NCBI GenBank assembly: GCA_031362865.1
Contig: JANLTH010000008.1
Coordinates: 193-64,192, forward strand
Direction: 5' to 3'
Length of the DNA: 64,000 bases
Origin: Burkholderiales bacterium
GTDB taxonomy: Bacteria > Pseudomonadota > Gammaproteobacteria > Burkholderiales > JAEUOS01
Made by a program: the position numbers and the translations under genes. Below are positions 1-10,093 of this stretch, in pieces. Position 1 is the stretch's first letter. Each line of letters starts with the position of its first letter. The notes beneath the pieces are model-generated. The model did no database searches, was not told the DNA's origin, and worked only from the letters and a program-made list of their open reading frames with translations.

Positions 1-213
1 GTAGCGGCGTTGAAACGAAGCAATCGCCTCAGTCTCAGTCAGTCCGCCGTCATCGATGAAACGGGCGAACTTGTCATAAATCTTCGCGCGAGCCGTGTTG
101 CCGAACAGACGCTTGGCTAACCATCGGTTAAAGCCCGCAACCAGGCCACTCGCTGGCATGGCTGCAAGCTGACTTTTCGCGCGGGATGCGCTTGACCCCA
201 GATTGGTGCCCAT
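1..213 (-). CDS. pilR: N-terminal fragment of a PilR-like (GspF/PilC-type) inner-membrane platform protein; runs off the window edge.
   Basis: ATG at 213 gives MGTNLGSSASRAKSQLAAMPASGLVAGFNRWLAKRLFGNTARAKIYDKFARFIDDGGLTETEAIASFQRRY. It lies directly downstream of the PilQ-like ATPase, as in R64/PAPI-1 pil operons. The assignment is positional plus a weak motif. Confidence 0.4.
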   Translation of the reverse strand, partial: MGTNLGSSASRAKSQLAAMPASGLVAGFNRWLAKRLFGNTARAKIYDKFARFIDDGGLTETEAIASFQRRY

Positions 214-291
214 GCTTTTGGTGACATCACCGATTCGCCGCATTGGTTGTAGTGCCATCACGATTCCTCACTCAAAGAAATGTTCAACCCG

Positions 292-1914
292 TCACACGCC
301 CTGACGGAACTCCAAGGATTTTTCGAAAGGCCCGAATTCCTCCTCGACATCGCGCGGGTCTACTTGACCGGCCGACACCTTCATCAACGCATGCTCAATG
401 GCAGTCATACCATCGCTGCCTTCGCCATCGCGCTCCCCCTGCTGATAGCGCTCACGCCATACCCTTCCCGCACCATCCTCATCACCCGTCCGCAAGCACG
501 CCAGCACATCAGGGCGCGGAATCAAGACCTCAGCCGCAACCGTGCGTCCTTTGATACCCCGTCCCTTGCAAGCTTGGCAACCTCCGCCGTTGGCGAAGAC
601 ATCAGAAAGACTGAAGTGACCTGATACCCGCGACAGGTAATCCTGATCGACCACTTCGGTCAGCGGCTTCTTGCAAGACGTACAGAGAAGCGGCACCAAG
701 CGCTGATACACCGATGCCGCCACGAAGTTTGTCGAAAACAAGGTCTCGGATGTGACCCCGATCTCGTGCAAACGCTTGAACACCTTGATCGCACCGCCGG
801 CATGCACGGTTGTCAGCACCTTGTGACCGGATAGCACCATGTCTTTGGCGAGGCCCACCTCTTCCGCGTTCCGCACTTCCCCGATCATCACCGTATCCGG
901 GTCCATGCGCAACACCGCCTTCATGGTCTCGGCCATATCGCCGGGACGACGACCGACCGGAATCTGCTCGGCCCCATCAATGATGTACTCAGGCGGGTTT
1001 TCCACCGTACAAAACTTGTCTGCGCCGTGGCTGTGCCGGATCATGTCCTGCAAACACACCACCAAGGACGAACTTTTTCCTGATCCGGTCTCACCAGCAA
1101 ACACAATCATGCCATCGGGTTGCCGAAGGGCTTGTTGCAGCATCACGATTTGACCATGTGCGTAGCCCGCGTCGGCGAAACTGCGCTCTTGGGCTTTTGC
1201 CGCGATTGGAATCACCCGACACACCGCGTTGTAGCCACGCGGATAGACCGGCGCGTGCTGGTAACGGATTTTGACGACCCCCTCATTCACGTTGAACTCA
1301 ATCGAGCAGCTTTGCGGCAGCTTCAGGTCTAGCGCACTGGTCTTTGACTCGTTGTCAGCCACCGTGTTGAAAATGGCCCTCAGCATCGACTCCATGCTAC
1401 TTAACGGGTAGTCGTTCGCAAAGACCACCAGCTTGCCGTCCACGCGAAAGCGAATATTGCATGCCTTATCGGATGACAAAAAGTGAATGTCCGATGCCCC
1501 TTCGAGAATCGCCGCTTTCAGAATGTTCTCGAAATCCTTGATTTCATTGCTCGACCGGGATGCACCTCCCAGCTTGCCACTGTCGTCTTTGGCAGTGCGG
1601 GAACTGCGCTCGTAAATTGTCGAAAGCAGCGCGTGCGTGACCAGCCGCGTGCCCGCCAGCTCCAGCTTTTGCTCGCGAATCCGTTGGCATAGTGCCAGAA
1701 ACGACTGCGAACCCGATCTTTCCTGCGCGCTCAGGATCAGAACGGACTTGTTGCCCTGCACAACCACGGCCAGTTCGCGCTGCTGCTCGGGTGGCAGGGC
1801 CAACGCACCGTTGCTCGCGGTGAGCACGGAAGTAAACGGGGGAAGCTTCGCGATCTCACTGACGCGCGTAGCAACCCCCGCTCCCAAGCCAAGCGACCCC
1901 ATTAACCTCATCAA
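292..1914 (-). CDS. pilQ: Type IVb pilus assembly ATPase, GspE/PilB family (R64 PilQ-like).
   Basis: Walker A GETGSGKS, an MIGEVRN-type box, and the C-terminal tetracysteine motif CTSC...CQAC typical of GspE/PilB ATPases. Confidence 0.85.
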   Translation of the reverse strand: MMRLMGSLGLGAGVATRVSEIAKLPPFTSVLTASNGALALPPEQQRELAVVVQGNKSVLILSAQERSGSQSFLALCQRIREQKLELAGTRLVTHALLSTIYERSSRTAKDDSGKLGGASRSSNEIKDFENILKAAILEGASDIHFLSSDKACNIRFRVDGKLVVFANDYPLSSMESMLRAIFNTVADNESKTSALDLKLPQSCSIEFNVNEGVVKIRYQHAPVYPRGYNAVCRVIPIAAKAQERSFADAGYAHGQIVMLQQALRQPDGMIVFAGETGSGKSSSLVVCLQDMIRHSHGADKFCTVENPPEYIIDGAEQIPVGRRPGDMAETMKAVLRMDPDTVMIGEVRNAEEVGLAKDMVLSGHKVLTTVHAGGAIKVFKRLHEIGVTSETLFSTNFVAASVYQRLVPLLCTSCKKPLTEVVDQDYLSRVSGHFSLSDVFANGGGCQACKGRGIKGRTVAAEVLIPRPDVLACLRTGDEDGAGRVWRERYQQGERDGEGSDGMTAIEHALMKVSAGQVDPRDVEEEFGPFEKSLEFRQGV

Positions 1915-2001
1915 CGATCCAATTCAATCCAGCCAGCGTGTCGATCTGTGAGGCTTTTGGTGACAACCCAGGCCAACACGCGACGTGTGTGCATCCGTCC
2001 T

Positions 2002-2829
2002 CTAAGAACGTCCTTGAGGCGGTGCCATCGGAATCGGCGGCGGCATGAACCCACTTCCACCAAAGCCCGTTTGTGTAGCCACCGGGGGTTGCTTGGCGGC
2101 GGCCCCAAACAAGATTTCACGCGGCTTCTTCTTGCTGTGCGACAGAACGATGCGACCGCGCCCGAACGAAGACACGCGCCAGCCATTGCCGATTGAGTCG
2201 CCCTGTTTGACGCTGATGCGTGCGCCCCGAAACTGGATGTCCCCGCGCAAGTCCTCGTCAACGCCATACACCGCGAGGAGAACGGGTTCTTCGTCTGTCG
2301 GCTTGACCGTGCTGACCGAGTTGGGATTCGCCGTTCCAGCGCTCGCCTGCCCACCCTGATGTCCGCCTTGGCCACCCTGAAGTTCCTGCTTGAGCTTTTT
2401 GAGCATCACATCTTCGCCCAAGCGCCCCAGCGCTTCAAGATCGGTCGTCCCGGTCACTTTGGGAAACAGATTTTCCGTTTTGGTTACAGGCGCTTTCTTT
2501 TCTTCCTGGACTTCAACCCGCGATCCAACAGCAGTTCGTGCGCCCGGCGCTTGAATGACAATGGAAGGTGGCGCGATCGCACTGGGCTGGACGCTCATTG
2601 GAGCCACAGATGCACGAGGCGCAGGAGCAGGCGCGACTGGCGCTTGCAATTGAACCACCGGCTGCACTGGAGGCCGTGGGGCTTCGGCGGCCTTGGTTGG
2701 GCCAGCCCCCTTCCCCTGTTCCAGAATGCGTTGCATATCGTTTTGCGCGTGCCCCGGAAACGCAGGCGTTCCCAGCAACGCACCAATGCACAGCGCCAAC
2801 AGTCGTTTGCTGAATTTATTTTGCAACAT
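2002..2829 (-). CDS. pilP: PilP-like type IVb pilus biogenesis protein (secreted, Pro/Ala-rich linker).
   Basis: Internal ATG at 2829 is preceded by GGGAGAAGG. Signal peptide MLQNKFSKRLLALCIGALLGTPAFPGHA. The position between the PilO-like and PilQ-like genes supports the call. Confidence 0.5.
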   Translation of the reverse strand: MLQNKFSKRLLALCIGALLGTPAFPGHAQNDMQRILEQGKGAGPTKAAEAPRPPVQPVVQLQAPVAPAPAPRASVAPMSVQPSAIAPPSIVIQAPGARTAVGSRVEVQEEKKAPVTKTENLFPKVTGTTDLEALGRLGEDVMLKKLKQELQGGQGGHQGGQASAGTANPNSVSTVKPTDEEPVLLAVYGVDEDLRGDIQFRGARISVKQGDSIGNGWRVSSFGRGRIVLSHSKKKPREILFGAAAKQPPVATQTGFGGSGFMPPPIPMAPPQGRS

Positions 2830-4111
2830 AGATACCTTCTCCCTTCCAGGAAATGTCGCCGTCATTACTGACAGCTAGAGTCAGACGATTGAGAACCATG
2901 TTGTTCGGGAGCAATGTCAGCAGTTCCGTAGAACGCAACAAGCGCCCCTCCATCGACCATAAACCTTTGTTGTAGACCGATGCACCGGCAGGTGGCTGAC
3001 CGCCTGCGACCTGAAACGGCTGGGGTTGTCCCGTATTGGCTTGCACTGCCAATGCCTCAGCGCTTTGCAAAAACGTACCAAACTCGTAGAGAAAGCGCCC
3101 GGTAACAGGAAGCTCCTCGATTTTTGGACGGTTCTCACTTCCCGCTGACACGGGGACAACCACGCGGGACGTTTTACGATCCAACGCAAAATCAGCCCGT
3201 GGGTTATTGAAGGTCTCGTTGGTTGCAGTCGGGAGGCGTCGCCAGGTTTGTACACACGCACGGGATTCGCAGACGATGGACTCCAACCGCCAGCCACCCT
3301 GCATCACCGGAACTTTGCGTGCCGCCGCGAGATACGCCTTACCCTCGTCGGCCGCTCCCACATCCCTGATGTCGTTCTTGAACGCCGACTGCATGGCACG
3401 CATGAACACTAGTCCGGGGTCTTCTTTTTTCGAATTGACCGTCGCTGCTTCTGTGAGCTTGCGCTTTGCTTCGGCCCGCAGTTTTTCGGTTCGAAGCGTC
3501 ATCAGTGCTGCAACACCGACTACCAGCAGGATTGCGACCCAGATAAGCACCTTCCTGGTTGGAAACGGGCTTTCCAAAAATACATCCGGCGCACAATCGC
3601 CCAGGAATTCTTCCAGCGTTTGAACAATCGCATCGGGGTACATCGCCTGCTTCCATTGCGCTGGGCAATAGACCTGATAGTGTTTGACACCCAACAATTC
3701 GCCAATTCGCTCGGTAATCTCGTGTTCTTCACCGATCATGTCGCCCAGCGGATTCGGCAGACCTTCGTTCACCGAAGCCAGCCAGAATTTGCCACCAGGC
3801 AAGGGCACTACGATGATGGCATCCTGAATCGACCGTTTTCTCGCAGCACTTGCCAGCCATGCCAAAGCCACAGCACGACGTCCAGCCTTGGTAGCAGCAC
3901 CGCTAGATAATCGCTGGTTGCCACCCTTTTGCTTGGCAGGAAGTTGCGCCACCAGGCCCACCATCGCATCGCTTTGATGGCGCACCACGCAGAATCCTTG
4001 CGCCCTATTTGCTTTGGCGAGTTTGCGTGCCTGCACGGACGCTTGCGCTGCACTGGCGACATGCCAGTCCAATCCAAGCAGTACCGGCACGCCATTGACG
4101 TGAATTTCCAT
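2816..4111 (-). CDS. pilO: PilO-like type IVb pilus biogenesis protein with one central TM segment.
   Basis: 431-aa ORF with the TM segment VLIWVAILLVVGVAALM. It sits between the secretin gene and pilP, in R64/PAPI-1 pil order. The assignment is mostly positional. Confidence 0.5.
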   Translation of the reverse strand: MEIHVNGVPVLLGLDWHVASAAQASVQARKLAKANRAQGFCVVRHQSDAMVGLVAQLPAKQKGGNQRLSSGAATKAGRRAVALAWLASAARKRSIQDAIIVVPLPGGKFWLASVNEGLPNPLGDMIGEEHEITERIGELLGVKHYQVYCPAQWKQAMYPDAIVQTLEEFLGDCAPDVFLESPFPTRKVLIWVAILLVVGVAALMTLRTEKLRAEAKRKLTEAATVNSKKEDPGLVFMRAMQSAFKNDIRDVGAADEGKAYLAAARKVPVMQGGWRLESIVCESRACVQTWRRLPTATNETFNNPRADFALDRKTSRVVVPVSAGSENRPKIEELPVTGRFLYEFGTFLQSAEALAVQANTGQPQPFQVAGGQPPAGASVYNKGLWSMEGRLLRSTELLTLLPNNMVLNRLTLAVSNDGDISWKGEGIYVAK

Positions 4112-4114
4112 GTG

Positions 4115-5902
4115 TTACTCCGCGCCCTCGACCAAGGTAGGCGTGATGAGAATCACAATCGACTCCTTGATGTTTGCAGACCGGACTGAACCACCCAGAG
4201 GCGCAATCGACTCAAGAACCCCTGCACGGTCTGAGCTGGAGCGGTTGCGCTCCAAACCGGTGAGCATCAGGGTTTCCCCGTTGCGCAACGAAGACCGCTG
4301 GGCGAACTGACGCGAGGTCACTTCCGGCGTCTGAATCGACGAGCCGCCACTGGAAACCGTCGTTAAACGCTCCAGTTCGGACATCGACAAGCCGTACTGC
4401 AAAAGAATGCGATCATTGTCCAGGATGTGTGGCAGCAGGTTGAGAGCAAAGCCTGTTGTCACTTGGCCGGGGGTGAGTTGCGTGCTTGTACCAACCTGTG
4501 CCGTCTGATTCGAAGCCACCGATGCCAGATAGCTCGTTTGCGTTGAAAACGAGAACGGCACAGGCTGGTTGTTCAAGGCCGTGGCTGTAATGTTTTGCAG
4601 AGAGGCAACTTGGCCTACCGACGAAAGAGCGTTGACCACCAACTGGGTGTTGTCCCACGGACGGTTTCGGCCTTTGGTGGGTACGACCGTGCCCGAAAGC
4701 GCGCTCGCTGCTGCACCGACCAAGGTCACTGGGCTGCCAAACTTGAGTGCCAGTGCGTTGTTGAGGTTTTGCCAAACCATGTCCCACTTGACCCCGTATT
4801 CACCGCCCAAATTGCTGGTCACGGAAAACACCTGTATCCGCACATGCACCTGACGCGACAGGCGGCGGTTTTCATGTTCGAGGATCTTGGCCACCGCATC
4901 CAGCGCCTCGGGCGTATCCGTGACAGTGATTGAGCCGCTCGCCGGGTTCATTGACAAACGATCCGTCGTCATCGCCGCCCGCAATGCCGTCCGCGTCGAT
5001 TCCCACAAATCCAGGGTATTCGTGTCCAGCGTCGCAGCCGAAAGCCCTTGCGATTGCGTTGCCTGAGTGCCTTGCGTGCCACCGCTGCTGGTCGATTGGT
5101 TTGTCGCGCCGACCTGATTCTTGATGCTGGTCGTACCCGCCAACGCTTTGAGCACGAACGTGCGCGTCTCGTACCGGAACACATGGATCGCATCGGCCTC
5201 GTACTTCCACGAGACCCCCAAGCGCGCTGAGACGTTGTTCATCAACCCGGCAAGTGAACCGGCGTAGTCCAGCACCATGTCACTGCGCGTTGCCACACCT
5301 TGACTGGTCAAGGCCGATTGCACCCCGCCAGTGGGCACGACCGCGACTGGCGGGGGTGGCGGCAGATTCGGTGTACCTGGCGCACCAGGAGCACCTGTTT
5401 GGGTATTGGATTGCACTGGAGCTACCTGACGCGGTGTAGTAGACCCTGTGCCCAGACTGGCGTTAAACACATCCGGGGCCAATTTCACGGGCACACCAGT
5501 CACAAGGGAAATCCGCTCAGCGATCGACGTGATGTCGGCACGATCTGTGAACACCATCGTGACCTGCTTCTGGAAAACGGATGGCAAATTGCGCTGCTTC
5601 TGGATTGGAGTCGGCTTCCAAGCGATGTAGGACGACCCGTCACGCGACACATGCTGCACCGGCTCAATCACCCGAGGCAACGGCTCCGGGTTCTTGTTAC
5701 CCGTGCTGGAGTGGATACGCTCCGTCGTTTGTGTGGTTTTTCCGAAAAAGGCGTTCGCCGCTTCCGTACCATTTGTCGCAGCGCAACCAGTTAGCGCGAT
5801 AGCGAGGGCCATTCCAAGCATGCTGACCGTTGCTCGCTTGACTCGCTTAACTTGATTAAAAATGGGTTTCATCATTTGAATCCTGTGTGAGGGTGAGTTC
5901 AT
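4115..5902 (-). CDS. pilN: PilN-like outer-membrane secretin lipoprotein of a type IVb pilus.
   Basis: Lipobox LTGC after an N-terminal signal, and a C-terminal secretin-like region (NGETLMLTGL...SIVILITPTLV). Confidence 0.8.
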   Translation of the reverse strand: MNSPSHRIQMMKPIFNQVKRVKRATVSMLGMALAIALTGCAATNGTEAANAFFGKTTQTTERIHSSTGNKNPEPLPRVIEPVQHVSRDGSSYIAWKPTPIQKQRNLPSVFQKQVTMVFTDRADITSIAERISLVTGVPVKLAPDVFNASLGTGSTTPRQVAPVQSNTQTGAPGAPGTPNLPPPPPVAVVPTGGVQSALTSQGVATRSDMVLDYAGSLAGLMNNVSARLGVSWKYEADAIHVFRYETRTFVLKALAGTTSIKNQVGATNQSTSSGGTQGTQATQSQGLSAATLDTNTLDLWESTRTALRAAMTTDRLSMNPASGSITVTDTPEALDAVAKILEHENRRLSRQVHVRIQVFSVTSNLGGEYGVKWDMVWQNLNNALALKFGSPVTLVGAAASALSGTVVPTKGRNRPWDNTQLVVNALSSVGQVASLQNITATALNNQPVPFSFSTQTSYLASVASNQTAQVGTSTQLTPGQVTTGFALNLLPHILDNDRILLQYGLSMSELERLTTVSSGGSSIQTPEVTSRQFAQRSSLRNGETLMLTGLERNRSSSDRAGVLESIAPLGGSVRSANIKESIVILITPTLVEGAE

Positions 5903-5927
5903 TCGCTCAAGTGGTGCCGTTTATGAC

Positions 5928-7274
5928 TTACTTGGCCGCGTAAGGGGTGGCAGGGGTCGATCCACTCACCCGCAAAACCTTATTGCCGTCATAAAAGGTG
6001 AAGTGCAGTGGTCGCTCGGCGGTGGCAAGACTCGTGGCAACTTTGTTGATCGCTTCTTCAAAGCTCCCGGAAAACGATGCCCGCAAGTCCAGCGGATAGT
6101 CAATCTGCGCATCCCAAGCCAACTGCCAACCTGCCAGTTCGACCCACCGTGCGAGAGCACGACTGAGAGTTTTATCGGTCTCGGGAACCAGTGCCCATTC
6201 GGGCACTGGGGCTGGTAATGCTGAAGCCAACGTCGAGGTGACAGGGGCCGATACTGCGGCATTTCGCAACTGCGCCAACTGACCCGGCTTCGACGACACC
6301 CTGTGCAAGGTGATTTCACGGTTATCGAAATTCACCACGGCCCGCACATTGGCCGTGGTCATTACGTCCCGCAGCACGTTGATCCACGGACGACCGTTCC
6401 CGTACCAAGACACCTGCTGTTCGACATCTACGCCACCGACTTCAAAGCCCTTAAAATTGGACGGAACGATATGCTCCACGGCTTCCCGTAGGGTCCCGGT
6501 GCCACGTGCCCGAAGACCGGATTGCTTGGGCATCGTGCCAATCGTTTCCACGTCGCCTGCGCGTACCAATGGCATCCGTGAACCCAATGCAACCCGCATG
6601 TCGTTTCGCAAAGTCAAACGCTCTTCGGCAGCATGAGAGGTGGAAGACACAATTGCCAACGGCACTACTGGCACGACAGGAGCGGAAATGGCAGAAGACT
6701 GCTGTGTCGCATGAGGCGGTGCATAGACCGGCGGATGCATTGCCTGTGCCTGGACTACCGGACCCAACACCGAGGCAGCATGTCCGTGCTGCTGCGAAGA
6801 AGTCGGATAGCGATACGAGTTGCCGGACACGCTAGGGTCATTGGCGCGACCTCCAATGTCCAATGGCACAGCCCGTCCGCCATTCATAGCCACTGGTTCC
6901 CGCGCTGGGTATGCCATTGACGCTTGCTCGACAGCGACCGCTCGGTTACTGCTCACATCAATCCGTACCCGGCCTGACACCACGGCGAAACGATCATGCA
7001 CGCCTTGCACGACGACATAAGGGTCTTCCGCGACGGGGTTTGCCAATTGCTCCCCACTTGGCGTGGCAATGAGAATGACTGGTGTCTGGACGCCCCTGGC
7101 AAACTGGAAGTAAGTGCGCTTGCCATCGTGAAACACCTGGGTTGGCGCACCTTCGGCCCGACGATCCGATACCGTATAGACAAAGTGATAGCCTTTCACT
7201 TGAGCAGCGGCGACAGGTGACAATGCTGGGGCCAGCAGACTGGCAAGTACCGCAAGAATTCTGATTTGTTTCAT
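5928..7274 (-). CDS. pilL: PilL-like conjugative-transfer-region protein (TcpQ/PilL-type C-terminal domains), secreted.
   Basis: Signal peptide MKQIRILAVLASLLAPALSPVAAAQ. Two C-terminal segments resemble the PilL/TcpQ type. It heads the pilL-N-O-P-Q-R order. Confidence 0.55.
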   Translation of the reverse strand: MKQIRILAVLASLLAPALSPVAAAQVKGYHFVYTVSDRRAEGAPTQVFHDGKRTYFQFARGVQTPVILIATPSGEQLANPVAEDPYVVVQGVHDRFAVVSGRVRIDVSSNRAVAVEQASMAYPAREPVAMNGGRAVPLDIGGRANDPSVSGNSYRYPTSSQQHGHAASVLGPVVQAQAMHPPVYAPPHATQQSSAISAPVVPVVPLAIVSSTSHAAEERLTLRNDMRVALGSRMPLVRAGDVETIGTMPKQSGLRARGTGTLREAVEHIVPSNFKGFEVGGVDVEQQVSWYGNGRPWINVLRDVMTTANVRAVVNFDNREITLHRVSSKPGQLAQLRNAAVSAPVTSTLASALPAPVPEWALVPETDKTLSRALARWVELAGWQLAWDAQIDYPLDLRASFSGSFEEAINKVATSLATAERPLHFTFYDGNKVLRVSGSTPATPYAAK

Positions 7275-7360
7275 TGATGCCTCATGTCAAGTTGAATGCT
7301 CATTGTCAGAGCCGAAGACCCGCCCGCACGATTCGAAAGCTTGCAGGTAGGAAGGGGTTT

Positions 7361-7963
7361 TCATGTCTTCGGCAGGGAACGGAAGTGCGCGGGATCATTG
7401 ACCACCACGCGATGCAGAATCGCAAAAATCCGGTTGTAGACATGCCGAATGCCAAGCGTGAAGCGCTCGATCTCACGCCAGTCACCGTCGTGGAGATAAG
7501 GGCACGCGAAAAACCAATCCAGTAGCACCCTGTCGGAACTGCGCTCAACTATCGCCGGTGCAGACGTGCCGACTTCGCCCAACCACAATGACTGGTATTC
7601 CGCCGTGGGATCGAGCATCAGTGCTTGGCTCAAACGTCGGGACATCATCACCCCGACGCGAATCGTTTTGCCAAACTGGTAAACGGAAAAGTCGATCCCT
7701 TCGAAGATCGGTTCCATGTCGTCGGCATCCAGATCGCATCGCTGACTTTGCAGTTCAAACGGCGCACGGAATAGCAGTGTGCCGTTTCGTGGATTGGACT
7801 TGAACTGATCCTGGGAAAGCAGTGGTGTGACCTTCTCGTGCTCCACATTTCGATCCACATCATCAGGCAGCAGGCGAACTGCTGTGATGATGGCATCAAA
7901 GAATTGCTTCCGTTTGTCCAGTACGTAGGACTCGGGCAGTATGCTGATACCAGTGCAAGTCAC
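7361..7963 (-). CDS. Hypothetical soluble protein coupled to the upstream transglycosylase gene.
   Basis: GTG at 7963 overlaps the TGA of the upstream gene (GTGA). No TM segment and no motif I recognise. The longer track ORF (to 8086) would overlap the upstream CDS. Confidence 0.4.
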   Translation of the reverse strand: MTCTGISILPESYVLDKRKQFFDAIITAVRLLPDDVDRNVEHEKVTPLLSQDQFKSNPRNGTLLFRAPFELQSQRCDLDADDMEPIFEGIDFSVYQFGKTIRVGVMMSRRLSQALMLDPTAEYQSLWLGEVGTSAPAIVERSSDRVLLDWFFACPYLHDGDWREIERFTLGIRHVYNRIFAILHRVVVNDPAHFRSLPKT

Positions 7964-8862
7964 GATTTGCGCTCTCCGTGCGTAGTTTTTAAAGACCGTT
8001 GAAAATGGTTGTTGAATGAGTTGAGGTAGCGTTGGCTGCGGACTGCATCGGCCGGGGAGTGGTAGTGACGAATCGCCATCGACCAAGTGCCTGTGCTGCG
8101 ATAGTTCTCATTGAGGATGTCAGCAGCGACGCGCGTGTTGATCGCTGGTTGGAAGGCATCCCACAGCGATTCAAAGCGATGCCCGTGATATTTCCAATTC
8201 ACCTGCATCAGTCCAATGTCGAAACTGCGCTGCCCTTTGGCCAGTAACCAGCGCGCAGCAGCAAAGGCATCCTGGCGGGTCTTGAAGTAGAAGCCCTGAC
8301 CGTTCCAGTTGATTGTCCAAGGCCACGGAGCGCCGTTTCTTGCTGACTCATTCATCGCGATCCCGTACAGCACCCGAGAATTCACGCCACTACGCGTAGC
8401 GGCCCGCTCAAACGGAGCGAAAGGTGACGCGCAAGCCCACCGGCCGCGACGCTCCGCCCGCGCTTCGTCTGCATCGGCAAATGCGGTGGCGGCATCGGTC
8501 TCGATCATTCCTGCACGGGCCAGCTCTGACCGGTAATCCACATGCTTGCCTGCGACCTTCACCAGTGGAATGTCGCCGTACATCCAGACACCCTCAGTTA
8601 GCGCAATCGTTGGCAAAGGTAGATCCGGCGACTTGCCACATGCCGAAAGTGCCGTGACACCCGCCAATGGCAATACTCCCTTTGATCCATCTTGACGCTG
8701 GACGATCGGCGCAGTGGGGTCGGACAGGGAAAGCAGCACGTACTGGCTTGCCGGATTGACCTCCTGTGCGGTCACGAGCGCAGAAAACGTCAGTGGCAAC
8801 GTTGCCAAAACGAGTGATGCGGCACGTTCCCGCCATCTCTCCATACGCTTAGCGATCTTCAT
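7960..8862 (-). CDS. Secreted lytic transglycosylase (C-terminal SLT domain) with an extra N-terminal domain.
   Basis: SLT motifs AMNES...GLMQVN...Y and a signal peptide ending LVTAQE. The start is ambiguous between the ATG at 8862 and the ATG at 8844. Confidence 0.8.
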   Translation of the reverse strand: MKIAKRMERWRERAASLVLATLPLTFSALVTAQEVNPASQYVLLSLSDPTAPIVQRQDGSKGVLPLAGVTALSACGKSPDLPLPTIALTEGVWMYGDIPLVKVAGKHVDYRSELARAGMIETDAATAFADADEARAERRGRWACASPFAPFERAATRSGVNSRVLYGIAMNESARNGAPWPWTINWNGQGFYFKTRQDAFAAARWLLAKGQRSFDIGLMQVNWKYHGHRFESLWDAFQPAINTRVAADILNENYRSTGTWSMAIRHYHSPADAVRSQRYLNSFNNHFQRSLKTTHGERKS

Positions 8863-10093
8863 CAAACACCATGTCCCGGTTGACCTGGATGGCGATCAAC
8901 GTGCCTTGCGGAACCGTGATCGTGGGCTGAATCACTTTGTTGCGATCCAGAATCCGCTTGCTCGTTTCAGCCAATACTTGACCTGCCGCCGTGCCTGGCG
9001 TAGTCGATCCCGTGTTGACCACCGTCGTTCCTGTTGCTGCCTTGGGTTCGACGACCATCGAAATTGCCGCAATCAGCAATGAGGTGCCGAACTGCTTCAG
9101 GAAGTGGTTGTTCACGTCACCGCTGATCCCTGACTTTCCATGTGCGTCAGCAGCGGGCGAGCCTTGCAGGCGAACACTGCGGCCATCGGGCATGATGAGC
9201 CGCTGAAACGCCATGAGCACACGCTCCTGACCGGGTTGAATCTCGGCGTTGTAACGTCCTACAAGGCGTGATCCGCGTGGGATGAGAAGCTTGTCACCTT
9301 TGATCGAGTCATAAACGTCATTGCTCACACGTGCAGTGACTTGTCCTGGCAAATCGGTATTCAGGCCGTTTACCAGCACCGCTGTAATGATCGAGCCTTC
9401 ATGGAGAACAGCTTTGCCCACTGCCGGATTCACTCGGAGGGACTGGTTCTCACCGTCCGCGCCAAGCCCATCAGCGCCGCTGCCACGCAACCATGACAGA
9501 TTGGACTGGTTAGCATTTTCCGGCGTACGTCCCTGGGTTTGGGCGGCACGAATCAGGGCAGCAATGTCACCATCACCTGATGACTGGCTCCGGCCCTGCA
9601 TGCCAAGCGGTGATGCGGCTTGCGAAATCCCGCGCAGAAGTGCTTGTGCTGTGTCCGTAGTTTGAGACGGTGCCGTTGACGAAGTATTTCCAGTCAATCC
9701 CATCAGAGGGCTTGCCAAGGCTTGCGCACGTGCAATGGCCGCTTCGTCGCCCTTCCCGCCAATCGACTTGGGCGGATTTCTGTCGGCGTAGTCTTTGAGT
9801 TCGCGCGGAATCGGCGTTTCAACCGGCGCAGGCTTGGACTCCGGCTTTTTTTGCGCATCCAGCAATGCCTTGACATCGGCGGCGCTGGGGGCATTTTGCA
9901 AGTTGACCTGCTTGTCTTTATTCGCGGCCTTGGCCTCGGTCTCCTCGGATTGATATGCCTTGAACATGACCCCGAAAAACACCAGGATGCCCACGACGAC
10001 GATGATGATGACATGCAAGTTCTTTTTGACCTTGCCGCGAGGAACTCTCTCGCTTGCCTCATCAACAATATCTGACCCGGCAGCGCGACTCAC
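8849..10093 (-). CDS. trbI: Conjugal transfer protein TrbI (VirB10 family).
   Basis: N-terminal TM, Pro-rich linker, and a C-terminal block LIPRGSRLVGRY...RVLMAFQRLIMPDGRSV...GISGDVNNHF typical of TrbI/VirB10. The GTG start overlaps the trbG stop. Confidence 0.9.
   Translation of the reverse strand: MSRAAGSDIVDEASERVPRGKVKKNLHVIIIVVVGILVFFGVMFKAYQSEETEAKAANKDKQVNLQNAPSAADVKALLDAQKKPESKPAPVETPIPRELKDYADRNPPKSIGGKGDEAAIARAQALASPLMGLTGNTSSTAPSQTTDTAQALLRGISQAASPLGMQGRSQSSGDGDIAALIRAAQTQGRTPENANQSNLSWLRGSGADGLGADGENQSLRVNPAVGKAVLHEGSIITAVLVNGLNTDLPGQVTARVSNDVYDSIKGDKLLIPRGSRLVGRYNAEIQPGQERVLMAFQRLIMPDGRSVRLQGSPAADAHGKSGISGDVNNHFLKQFGTSLLIAAISMVVEPKAATGTTVVNTGSTTPGTAAGQVLAETSKRILDRNKVIQPTITVPQGTLIAIQVNRDMVFDEDR

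Noticed and set aside
1911-2375. Many long track ORFs lying antisense or out of frame to the called genes. Examples: 1911-2375, 14116-14913, 30940-31764, 32626-33315, 37548-38516, 45022-45867, 49022-50047, 57729-58535, 60140-60973.
   Set aside because: They overlap CDSs with clear family motifs, have Arg/Ala/Gly/Pro-rich low-complexity translations typical of shadow ORFs in high-GC DNA, and lack SD sequences and coupling.
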